Source: Dehalococcoidia bacterium (GTDB lineage: Bacteria; Chloroflexota; Dehalococcoidia; Bin125). From it: DNA of 64,000 nucleotides. Where the stretch lies: the NCBI GenBank assembly GCA_963555985.3, contig OY820591.1, forward strand, positions 480,001 to 544,000, written 5' to 3'. How positions within the stretch are numbered: the first letter of the stretch is position 1; the number at the start of each line of letters is the position of its first letter. Under the pieces are notes generated by a model. That model was not told where the DNA came from. It was given only the letters and a program-made list of their open reading frames with translations, and ran no database searches. The translations under genes and the position numbers were made by a program. This document shows positions 19,000 through 27,656 of the stretch, piece by piece.

Positions 19000-21276
19000 A
19001 TGTCCGTACAAGAAGAATTCGGCGGAGTGATTGGGCGCACCTTCCGCGACTCCGAACCGTGGTGGCCGCCGCTGCCGACTGCGCCGCAGGATCGCCCCAA
19101 CGTGGTGATCATCCTCTTTGACGACACCGGCTTCTCGCACTTGGGCTGCTACGGCTCGACGATCGCCACACCGAACATCGACCGTCTCGCCGCCAACGGT
19201 CTGCGCTTCACCAACTTTCACGTCACCGCGCTCTGCTCCCCCACTCGCGCCTCTCTGCTGACCGGACGCAATCACCACACGGTCGGGATGCGCTCGATCG
19301 CCAGCTATGACCCCGGTTTCCCGAACATGCGCGGCGCGGTGAGCAGGAACGCGGCGACGATGGCTGAGATGCTGCGCGACGAGCACTACGCCACCTTTGC
19401 CGTGGGCAAGTGGCACCTCAATCCCTCCGAGACCTGCTCGCAGGCCGGCCCCTTCCACGATTGGCCGCTCCAGCGCGGCTTCGACCGCTACTACGGCTTC
19501 CTCTCCGGCGAGACCGATCAGTTTTACCCCGACCTGGTCTATGACAATCACCTGATTGATCCGCCGCGCACACCGGAGGAGGGCTACCACTTCAGCGAAG
19601 ACATCGTGGATCAGGCAACCGGATTCCTGCGCGACCACCAGTCGGTCTATCCGGGTCAACCCTTCTTCCTCTACTTCGCGCTTGGCGCGACGCACTCGCC
19701 GCATCAAGCTCCGCAGGAGTACATCGAGCGCTATCGGGGCAAGTTCGATCAGGGCTGGGACGAGGTGCGGAAGGAATGGTTTGCGCGGCAGCTCGAGCTG
19801 GGCGTGATCCCCGAGGGCACCGAGCTTGCGCCGCGCAATCCGGGCGTCAAGGCTTGGGACGAGCTTTCGCCCAACACGCAACGGTTTTTCGCCGCCTTCC
19901 AAGAGGCCTTCGCCGGCTTTCTCACGCACACCGATGAGCAGATCGGACGGCTGATCGGCTATCTCGAGGACTCGGGACAGCTCGACCACACGATCCTGAT
20001 GCTGATGGCTGACAACGGGGCGAGCCAGGAGGGCGGGCCGCAGGGCGTCTCCGACTCGGCCCGCTACGGGCAGCCGCTCTGGGATGACATCGACGAAGCG
20101 CAGTCGCGCCTCCACCTGATCGGCGGGCCGCGCAGTTCGCCCAACTATCCCTGGGGCTGGGCCCAGGCCGGCAACACGCCGCTGAAGTGGTACAAGCAGA
20201 ACACCCACGGCGGCGGGGTGCGGGTGCCGCTGATTGTGCACTGGCCCGACCGGATTCAGGATGGCGGCAGCTTCCGCCGGCAGTTCCACCACGTCAGCGA
20301 CGTATTGTCGACGGTGCTTGAGGCGGTCCAAGCGACGGCTCCGGACGAGTACGCCGGCCACCGGCAGTTGCCGGTGAGCGGTACCAGCTTCGCCTACGCC
20401 CTTGACGACGGGGACGCGGAGACGGCCAAGGAGGCGCAGTACTTCGAGATGCTCGGGCATCGCGGGATCTGGGTGGACGGCTGGAAGGCGGTCACGCGGC
20501 ACGAGAAGAACGACCCCTGGGGCGACGACGAGTGGGAGTTGTACCACGTCGCCGAGGACTTTTCGGAGTCGCGCAATCTCGCGGCCGAGCAGCCTGAGCG
20601 TCTGCGCCAGCTGATCGACCGCTGGTGGGTCGAGGCGGGACGCTACGGCGTGCTCCCGCTTGACGACCGCAGCTTCCAACTCGGCGGGCCGTCGCAGCGA
20701 GCGGGAGGGCCGCACAACGGTCTGAGCTACCGCTACACACCGCCGGTCTCGCACTTGCCCGGCGAGATCGCGCCTGCGATTGGCCTCGGTTCGTGGACGC
20801 TTGAGGCGGAGATCGAGCGCGACGGCTTGGGCGACGGAGTGATCTTCGCGCGCGGCTCGATCATGGGCGGACTGAGCCTCTACATCCAGGACAACCGCCT
20901 TCACTTCGACTACAACGCCTTTACCGAGATCACCCAGATCGTCTCGGAGGGCGAACTGCCGGACGGCCGCTGCACGATCGGTCTGCGTATGGACGGCGAA
21001 GCGCCTTCCGCGCCTGGCTACGTCACGCTCTCGCTCAACAGCGAGACCATCGCCGAAGGGGGCGTTCCTTTCCTCGTTCGGGGAGGCTTCGGCGGCCGCG
21101 GCGGAGCCGATATTGGCTCTGATCGCAAGTCGCCGGTGACCGATTCCTACGAAGCGCCGTTTGAGTTCGAGGGTGCGATTCACGAACTCCAGGTCGTCGT
21201 CACGCCCTATCCCAAGTCCGGAGCCGCTTACGAGGCGGCGCGCAACGCCTTCCGCGAACTCATGGCCCAGCAGTAA
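19000..21276 (+). CDS. Arylsulfatase (formylglycine-dependent)
   Basis: 'PNVVIILFDD', 'LCSPTRASLLTGR' (CxPxR), 'GKWHL', 'ADNGAS', 'WELY'. Confidence 0.93.
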   Translation: MSVQEEFGGVIGRTFRDSEPWWPPLPTAPQDRPNVVIILFDDTGFSHLGCYGSTIATPNIDRLAANGLRFTNFHVTALCSPTRASLLTGRNHHTVGMRSIASYDPGFPNMRGAVSRNAATMAEMLRDEHYATFAVGKWHLNPSETCSQAGPFHDWPLQRGFDRYYGFLSGETDQFYPDLVYDNHLIDPPRTPEEGYHFSEDIVDQATGFLRDHQSVYPGQPFFLYFALGATHSPHQAPQEYIERYRGKFDQGWDEVRKEWFARQLELGVIPEGTELAPRNPGVKAWDELSPNTQRFFAAFQEAFAGFLTHTDEQIGRLIGYLEDSGQLDHTILMLMADNGASQEGGPQGVSDSARYGQPLWDDIDEAQSRLHLIGGPRSSPNYPWGWAQAGNTPLKWYKQNTHGGGVRVPLIVHWPDRIQDGGSFRRQFHHVSDVLSTVLEAVQATAPDEYAGHRQLPVSGTSFAYALDDGDAETAKEAQYFEMLGHRGIWVDGWKAVTRHEKNDPWGDDEWELYHVAEDFSESRNLAAEQPERLRQLIDRWWVEAGRYGVLPLDDRSFQLGGPSQRAGGPHNGLSYRYTPPVSHLPGEIAPAIGLGSWTLEAEIERDGLGDGVIFARGSIMGGLSLYIQDNRLHFDYNAFTEITQIVSEGELPDGRCTIGLRMDGEAPSAPGYVTLSLNSETIAEGGVPFLVRGGFGGRGGADIGSDRKSPVTDSYEAPFEFEGAIHELQVVVTPYPKSGAAYEAARNAFRELMAQQ

Positions 21277-21279
21277 GTC

Positions 21280-21358
21280 GCAGCAGCCGTTCGCATGAGC
21301 GGCTGTTGCGCTGCCTGCCGCTTCGATGCTCTCTCCCCTGAGGTGCGGGAGGAGAGAG
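21280..21358. terminator. Two hairpins between convergent genes
   Basis: gcagcagccgttc-gcat-gagcggctgttgc and ctctctccc...ggagagag. Confidence 0.5.
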
Positions 21359-21369
21359 GAGTGACGGAA

Positions 21370-22314
21370 TCAGTCGAAGGTGATCACGAAGCGGCCGCGG
21401 TGGCCTCCTTGCTTGAAGAGGCGGTGGGTTTCTGAGGCTTGTTCGGCGGGGTAGGTGGAGTTGACGCGGAGGGTGACCTGGCCGTCCTCGACTTGCTGGC
21501 GAAGGGTGTCGAGCAGGTCGGCGCGGCGATCGTAGGTGAAGACCATCGTGACGTGGAAGTTGATGTCGCGCTGGGGTTCTCCGCGCCAGCCGCGGACGCT
21601 GGCGTAGTGGCCGCCGTCCTTGATTGCGCCGACCGCGAGCTGGTTCTGGACGGCTCCGTCGGCGAGCCCGTCGACGCCCTCGGGGATGACTTTGCGGATC
21701 TGCTCGGAGATGTCGTCGCCGCGCGGGACGACGATGTCTGCGCCGAGGTCTTTGACCAGCTGGACGTCCTTCTCGGAGGCGTCGCCGATCACGGTGAGGC
21801 CGTCGGCCTTGCCCAGTTCGACCATGTAGCCGCCGTAGCAGCCGGCGGCGCCGGTGACGGCGAGGGTCTGGCCGGGTTGGAGGCCCATCTGGTCGAGCGA
21901 TTGGCGGGCGGTGAGGGCGTTCATCGGCAGAGTCGAGGCCTCGGCGTGGCTCGCGCCGGCGGGAGCGCGGGTGACGGCGTCGGCCTTGAGCACGATGCTC
22001 TCGCGGTAGGCGCCGTGGCTGCCGCGCGGGATGACCATGGCCATGACTGCATCGCCGACCTGGAGGCCGGTTTCGGTGTCGGGGCCGACCTCGTCGATGA
22101 CGCCGGCGGCGTCCATGCCGGGGATGTAGGGCGGCGGGCCGGACTCGCGCAGGGCCTCGGCGCGGGCGCCGCCGCGAATGAAGGTGTCGGTGGGGTTGAC
22201 GGTGGCGGCGTGGACGCGCAGGCGGACCTCGCCGGGTCCGGCGTGGACTTCGGGCAGGTCGACGACCTGTAGCGCTTCGGGTCCGCCGAATTCGATTACT
22301 CCTACGCCGCGCAT
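21370..22314 (-). CDS. NADP-dependent oxidoreductase, MDR/quinone reductase-like
   Basis: 'MRGVGVIEFGGPEAL', 'VNPTD', 'PYIPGMDAAG', 'VTGAAGCYG'; AAGGAG RBS before ATG 22314. Confidence 0.9.
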   Translation of the reverse strand: MRGVGVIEFGGPEALQVVDLPEVHAGPGEVRLRVHAATVNPTDTFIRGGARAEALRESGPPPYIPGMDAAGVIDEVGPDTETGLQVGDAVMAMVIPRGSHGAYRESIVLKADAVTRAPAGASHAEASTLPMNALTARQSLDQMGLQPGQTLAVTGAAGCYGGYMVELGKADGLTVIGDASEKDVQLVKDLGADIVVPRGDDISEQIRKVIPEGVDGLADGAVQNQLAVGAIKDGGHYASVRGWRGEPQRDINFHVTMVFTYDRRADLLDTLRQQVEDGQVTLRVNSTYPAEQASETHRLFKQGGHRGRFVITFD

Positions 22315-22406
22315 GGTCTGCTCCTTGTGCTTGGGGAATCTGGTGAGGTCAGAGTAGAGGCTGTTCGGTTTGTTCGGCTGTGTTCGATTGCGTTTGGCGC
22401 CGGGAT

Positions 22407-22794
22407 GTCGGCGCAGGACGCGGCGAGATTCCCGCGGCGAGCGCGGGAATGACGGAGATGGGCGGTGGAAAGTCGAAAAACTTTTTGGGCGATCCAGTTT
22501 GGAAGCCCAGTGTTTTGCGGGAGATCGTGCGGTTGGGGTGGAAGGTGGCGGAAAGTCCTGGATGGTCGAAAGCGTTCGGTTGTGTTCGATTCCGTTCGGC
22601 GTCGGTGCAGGACGCGGCGAGATTCCCGCGGCGAGCGCGGGAATGACGGAGATGGGCGGTGGAAAGTCGAAAAAACTTTTTGGGCGATCTGGTGCGGAAA
22701 TCCAGTGTTTTGCGGGAGATCGTGCGGTTGGGGTGGAAGGTGGTGGAAGGTTCTGGATGGTCGAAGGTGGTCGATTTTGTTCGATTCCGTTCGA
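22407..22794. repeat. Tandem direct repeat, 2 x ~194 bp, each with a REP-like hairpin GATTCCCGCG...GCGGGAATGAC
   Basis: Copies start at 22407 and 22601 and are near-identical. Confidence 0.9.
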
Positions 22795-22991
22795 TTTCGT
22801 GCGGTCTCGTTCGGTGTCGTTTGAGTCTGGTGCGTTGGGGTCGGGAGCGGTCGCTGGCAGTTGGCTGCGACGGGTGAGCGGGCATGAGACGGCTCCGGAT
22901 TCAGGTGTCACGTACAAATGTACTGTGTAGATCGCGATCGGTCAAGCAGGTTCCCGTGTGAAGGAGACGTTTGCAACAGTCGGAGTTCTCC

Positions 22992-23290
22992 GTCATTGCC
23001 GCGCTTCGACGCGGCAATCTCGCTGTCTGAGCGACGACGGTGCAGATAACAGCGAGTGATCCCCGCCTTCGCGGGGACAGGCTCCGCGGCAAGCGCGAGT
23101 ATGACGGAGTGGGGAAAGGGAGTGGTCGCCCGCGTGCAGCGAGGACTGGGATGTGCGTTGGGGTACTCCCTTTGCCCTCACCCTAGCCCTCTCCCAGAGG
23201 GAGAGGGAACAGCTGGATTTTGCAAACGTCTGCCTGCGCGGGAATGACGGATTTTGAGATTACGCGCAGGTCTCCTCTCAAGGGGGAGAT
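22992..23290. repeat. Cluster of REP-like palindromic repeats of several families
   Basis: GTCATTGCCGCG..GCGGCAATCT unit (also at 51000), nested 23-mer at 23061, CCCTCACCC..CCCTCTCCC..GGGAGAGGG at 23175, TCTCCTCTCAAGGGGGAGAT at 23271. Confidence 0.8.
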
Positions 23291-23336
23291 CGATGAGAGT
23301 TTATGCACAAGTCTCCCGAAGGGCGGCATTGAGCGT

Positions 23337-25610
23337 TTATTGGCGGGCCATGGTCTGGCGCTGGCGCGCGGCTTGGGCGTGGAAGGCGGCTTCGCCTTTG
23401 TAGGGCGTGACCTCGATGTCGACGGTGTGGATTTGGCCCTCAAACGCGAAGGGGGGGGCGTAGTTGTCGCCGACGGGTGAGCGCTTGTCGGCGCCGATGT
23501 CGAACTCGCCGTGGGCGAAGAGGATGCGTCTTTGCAGGACTGCGACCTCGCCGGTTGCGACCTCTTGGCCGTCGATCGTCAGCGTCAGCTGGGCGGGTCC
23601 GTTGTAGGACTCGCTTTGCAGGGATACACCGAGGACGAAATCTCCGACCGGTACGGGTACTTCGGACTTGATCCGGGCCCAGTCGTCGTAGGCGTGGTAG
23701 TCGAAGTGGAGGCGGTTGTCCTTGATGTAGCAGGTGACGCCGGTGAGGATGGAGCCGCGGTTGAAGATCACGCCCTGCTGCTCGCTGGAGGATCTTGAGA
23801 TGGACGCTTCGAGCGTCCAACTGCCCAGATCGAGGGCCGGCGATGTCTCAACCGGCATGTGAGCGATTGGCGGGGTGTAGTGATAGCGGAGTCCCGCGTG
23901 GGGCGCGCCGGGGAGTTGGGAGGGTTGATTGATCTCGATCGTGCGGTCGTCGAGCGGGAGGACGCCGTGGCGTCCCGCCTCGATCCACCAGCGATCGATC
24001 AGGGTTCGCAGCCGCTCGGGTTCCTGTGCGGCCAGATTGTTGGTTTCGGAGAAGTCCTCGTCGACGTGATAGAGCTCCCACTCGTCGTCGGACCATTCGG
24101 TTCCGCGCCGATGCCAGGTCACGGCTTTCCAGCCGTCTACCCAGATGCCGCGGTGTCCGAACATCTCGAAGTACTGGGCTTCTTTCGGGGTTTCCGCCTC
24201 AGCGTCTGCGAATGCGTAGCTGAAGCTGGCGCCGGCGATGGGGATTTGGGTTTCGCCGCGCACGCTGGACGGGGCTTCGACGGCCAGGGTCTCCAGGACG
24301 GTTGGCAGCACGTCGGTGACGTGGTGGAACTGTCCACGAATCGCGCCGCGTTGGGCGATGCCCTCCGGCCAGTGGACGATCAGGGGGACGCGCACGCCGC
24401 CGCCGTGGGTGTTCTGCTTGTACCAGCGCAGCGGCGTGTTTCCGGCCTGGGCCCAGCCCCAGGGATAGTTTGAGTCCGAGCGTGGGCCGCCGATCTCGTG
24501 CAGGCGTGATTGGACTTCATCGAGGTCGTCTAGCGGTCCGAAGACTCGCGGCTCGTCGGAGACGCCACGTGGTCCGCCCTCCTGCGAGGCGCCGTTGTCG
24601 GCGAGCAGCATGACGATCGTGTTGTCCAGTTGGCCCGAGGACTCCAGGTACGAGAAGAGTCGACCAAGCTGTGCGTCGGTGTGTTCGAGGAATCCGGCGA
24701 ATGCTTCTTGCAACGCGAGCGCGAAGTTGCGGGCGTGATCGGACATGTCCTCCCAGGCTTCGACGCCTCGGTTGCGCGGCGCGAGTTGCGTGCCTTGGGG
24801 CACGATGCCCATCTCTTGCTGGCGGGCGAACCATTGCTCGCGGATCGTGTCCCAGCCGGCATCGAACTTGCCGCGATAGCGCTCGATGTACTCCTGCGGG
24901 GCCTGGTGCGGGGCATGGGTCGCGCCCAGCGCGAAGTAGAGGAAGAAGGGTTGGCCGGGATAGATCGACTGATGATCGCGCAGGAATCCGGTGGCGTGGT
25001 CGACGAGGTCCTCGGTCAAGTGATAGCCCTGCTCTGGGCGTCGCGGCGGATCGATCAGGTGATTGTCGTAGCAGAGTTCGGGATAGAACTGGTCGGTCTC
25101 GCCGGAGAGGAAGCCGTAGTAGCGGTCGAAGCCGCGTTGCAGCGGCCAGTTGTCGAACGGTCCGGCCTGGCCCATCGCGTCGACGGGACAGAGGTGCCAC
25201 TTGCCGATTGCGAAGGTCGCGTAGTTTTCCTCGGAGAGGATTTCCGCCATGGTCGCGGCGCTGCGCGGGATCTGGCCGCGCATGTTCGGGAAGCCGGGGT
25301 CGAATTGGGTGACGGAGCGCATGCCGACGGTGTGATGGTTGCGTCCGGTGAGGAGCGAGGCGCGGGTCGGAGAGCAGAGCGGGGTGACGTGGAAGTTGGT
25401 GAAGCGCAGACCGTTGGCGGCGAGTCGGTTGATGTTGGGCGTTTCGATGGTGGAGCCGTAGCAGTTGAGGTGGGCGAAGCCGAGGTCGTCGAAGAGGATG
25501 ATGAGGACGTTGGGGCGGTCTTGCGGTGCGGTCGGAAGCGGCGGCCACCAGGGTTCGGAGTCGCGGAAGGTGCGGCCGATCTTGCCCTGGAAGTGGTCGT
25601 GATTCGTCAT
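23337..25610 (-). CDS. Arylsulfatase, paralogue of 19000-21276
   Basis: 'LCSPTRASLLTGR', 'GKWHL'; shares 'GRTFRDSEPWWPPLPTAPQDRPNV' with the other copy. Confidence 0.93.
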   Translation of the reverse strand: MTNHDHFQGKIGRTFRDSEPWWPPLPTAPQDRPNVLIILFDDLGFAHLNCYGSTIETPNINRLAANGLRFTNFHVTPLCSPTRASLLTGRNHHTVGMRSVTQFDPGFPNMRGQIPRSAATMAEILSEENYATFAIGKWHLCPVDAMGQAGPFDNWPLQRGFDRYYGFLSGETDQFYPELCYDNHLIDPPRRPEQGYHLTEDLVDHATGFLRDHQSIYPGQPFFLYFALGATHAPHQAPQEYIERYRGKFDAGWDTIREQWFARQQEMGIVPQGTQLAPRNRGVEAWEDMSDHARNFALALQEAFAGFLEHTDAQLGRLFSYLESSGQLDNTIVMLLADNGASQEGGPRGVSDEPRVFGPLDDLDEVQSRLHEIGGPRSDSNYPWGWAQAGNTPLRWYKQNTHGGGVRVPLIVHWPEGIAQRGAIRGQFHHVTDVLPTVLETLAVEAPSSVRGETQIPIAGASFSYAFADAEAETPKEAQYFEMFGHRGIWVDGWKAVTWHRRGTEWSDDEWELYHVDEDFSETNNLAAQEPERLRTLIDRWWIEAGRHGVLPLDDRTIEINQPSQLPGAPHAGLRYHYTPPIAHMPVETSPALDLGSWTLEASISRSSSEQQGVIFNRGSILTGVTCYIKDNRLHFDYHAYDDWARIKSEVPVPVGDFVLGVSLQSESYNGPAQLTLTIDGQEVATGEVAVLQRRILFAHGEFDIGADKRSPVGDNYAPPFAFEGQIHTVDIEVTPYKGEAAFHAQAARQRQTMARQ

Positions 25611-25687
25611 CGTTGACTCTCCTACACGTCGTGATCCTCAGCAGGAGAATAGCCGAGCGCCATCGGCATTCCTGATATGGTGGGTGC

Positions 25688-25990
25688 ATGACAACGCCAC
25701 GAATCTCCCGCCCCAAACTGATTCCCAAGGAAGCCCTGAAGATCGATCCGGAGCGGCTCGACCGCGCCATCGAGTCGATGAAGCGCAACGAAGCCTATTT
25801 CCGGGAGCACATGGAGGAGCTGTTCGAGCAGTGCCCGGAGGGTTGGATCCTGATCTACGGCGACCAGCAGGTGGAGATGTTCGAGGATCCCATCGCCGTC
25901 GCGAAACGACGCTGGAGCTTGAGCGAGGCGGACCGAGATGGCGCGATCATGAGGCATCAGTGGTCGGGGACCCGGATCCGGATCTTGTGA
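25688..25990 (+). CDS. Small hypothetical protein, DUF5678-like
   Basis: 100 aa; 'NEAYFREHMEELFEQCPEGWILIYGDQQV' pattern; GTGA overlap with the next gene. Confidence 0.6.
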   Translation: MTTPRISRPKLIPKEALKIDPERLDRAIESMKRNEAYFREHMEELFEQCPEGWILIYGDQQVEMFEDPIAVAKRRWSLSEADRDGAIMRHQWSGTRIRIL

Positions 25991-26463
25991 CCGACCTCAT
26001 CCGCGGTCACTTCCGCCCTCAGCGTCCTGATCTGAGGAGCTATCCCGCCAACGCGCCGTTCGCCTCCGGCGCTCTCTTGTATGGCAATCGTCTCGAAGGG
26101 ATCGACTGGTTGATCGACACCGGAGCCGATCAAACGATCGTCAGCCCGCAGGACGCCTTCAATTTGCTGGGCTTGGACCGATATGTGGAGATCATGCGAC
26201 AACGCCCGACCCTCACGATATCGGGGATTGGCGCGAGTTCAGCAGTCCAGTTGGACATTCAGATCCATTTGTACGATTTAGAGGGAGGATTTGCGTCGTT
26301 TGATCATACTGCTATCGTCATGAACGTAGCAATCGACGATAGCGGCAACCCGCTTAACTGGTCGATGCCATCGTTGTTAGGGCGAGACATCCAGGAGGAT
26401 TTTCGGCTCACCATTGCTCACCGCCCGCCTGATATCGAACTCCTTCGCCTAGACGATATCTAA
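25987..26463 (+). CDS. Retropepsin-like aspartic protease
   Basis: 'WLIDTGADQTIV' catalytic motif and C-terminal 'SLLGRD'; GTG start overlaps the upstream stop. Confidence 0.75.
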   Translation: MTDLIRGHFRPQRPDLRSYPANAPFASGALLYGNRLEGIDWLIDTGADQTIVSPQDAFNLLGLDRYVEIMRQRPTLTISGIGASSAVQLDIQIHLYDLEGGFASFDHTAIVMNVAIDDSGNPLNWSMPSLLGRDIQEDFRLTIAHRPPDIELLRLDDI

Positions 26464-26475
26464 CATCAAACGCTG

Positions 26476-27492
26476 CTACAGTCGAACGCAGCGGAAGCCG
26501 GTGTTGCTGGTGGCGCTGTCGGGGGTGAGCGCCATTCTGGCGGCGGTTCGGTAGCGGAGGCAGTAGCTCTCGTGGCAGAGGAAGCTGCCGCCCTTGAGCA
26601 CTTTGAGGTCGCCGCTGGGCGGTCCGGTCGGATCGGTGAGCGAGTTGGGGTCGTGGAAGATGCCGAACCAGTCGGCGCACCACTCCCAGACGTTGCCGGT
26701 GGTGTTGAAGAGTCCGTAGGCGTTGGGTTCGTAGGCGTCGACGGGGCAGGTGGCGTACCAGCCGTCGGCGTTGGTGTTGTCGGTGGGGAACGCGCCTTGC
26801 CAGACGTTCATGCGGTGTTGGCCGCCGGGGGTGAGTTCGTCGCCCCAGGGGTAGGGCTGGGACTTGAGGCCGCCGCGGGCGGCCCGCTCCCACTGGGCTT
26901 CGGTGGGGAGGGTCTTGCCGGCCCAGTGCGCGTAGGCGACTGCGTCGTTCCAGCTGACGTGGACGACGGGGTGATTGAGGCGGTCGGCGATGTCGCTGCG
27001 GGGGCCTTCGGGGTTGCGCCAGGAAGCGCCTTCGACCTGTCTCCACCAAGGCGCGTCGGCGGCGGCGCGGGTGGGCGGGAAGTCGTCGGGCAGGAGTCCG
27101 GCGAAGACGAATGACCAACCGAGTTGTTCGGATTCGGTGCGGTAGCCGGTGGCGTCGGCGAATTCGGCGAATTCGGCGTTGGAGACGGCGCAGCGGTCGA
27201 TTTCGTAGTCGGTGAGGTGGATTTGGCGGAGAGGGCCTTCGCCGTCGCCGGGGTAGGCGAGGTGGTCGGTGGCGCCCATGGTGAAGGTTCCGGCGGGGAT
27301 TGGGGCCATGCGGTTGTTGGCGGGTGGGACGGACCCTCCTCTGTCCCCCGATCGAGTCGGGGGCAGGCTCCTACGCGACATCTCCCCCTGCGATGCGGGG
27401 GGCGAGGAGGGACTTGCTTCGGGAATCTTCGCCCGCGGTGCGGGGGGAGAGATGGGATCCGTGCTGCGGTTCGGGGCGCAACAGTGGGTCAT
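26476..27492 (-). CDS. Formylglycine-generating enzyme (sulfatase-modifying factor)
   Basis: 'FTMG', 'HPVVHVSWNDA', 'LPTEAQWERAARGG', 'GNVWEW', 'KGGSFLCHESYCLRYR', 'GFRC'; alternative start at 27309. Confidence 0.92.
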   Translation of the reverse strand: MTHCCAPNRSTDPISPPAPRAKIPEASPSSPPASQGEMSRRSLPPTRSGDRGGSVPPANNRMAPIPAGTFTMGATDHLAYPGDGEGPLRQIHLTDYEIDRCAVSNAEFAEFADATGYRTESEQLGWSFVFAGLLPDDFPPTRAAADAPWWRQVEGASWRNPEGPRSDIADRLNHPVVHVSWNDAVAYAHWAGKTLPTEAQWERAARGGLKSQPYPWGDELTPGGQHRMNVWQGAFPTDNTNADGWYATCPVDAYEPNAYGLFNTTGNVWEWCADWFGIFHDPNSLTDPTGPPSGDLKVLKGGSFLCHESYCLRYRTAARMALTPDSATSNTGFRCVRL

Positions 27493-27656
27493 GCGAGTGG
27501 TCTCTGCGGGTTGCTGCCGGCTATGCGTTTTGGGCGGGTGTTGTCGGTTGTGCCGTCGATGGGGCGGGCCACGTTTTGCGGCGGCTCCGGATCGTGTTCT
27601 CGTGCTCGCTTGAGAACGATGCCAGTTTCCTTGTTGGGCCGGCGCAGCGCGGTTTG

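Noticed and set aside
22407-22794. Possible CRISPR array (also 53487-53922)
   Set aside because: Two long near-identical units with no unique spacers, and no cas genes in the window.
22315-22917. 200-aa N-terminal extension of the MDR oxidoreductase
   Set aside because: It is the translated 194-bp tandem repeat; a good RBS and family-typical start lie at 22314.
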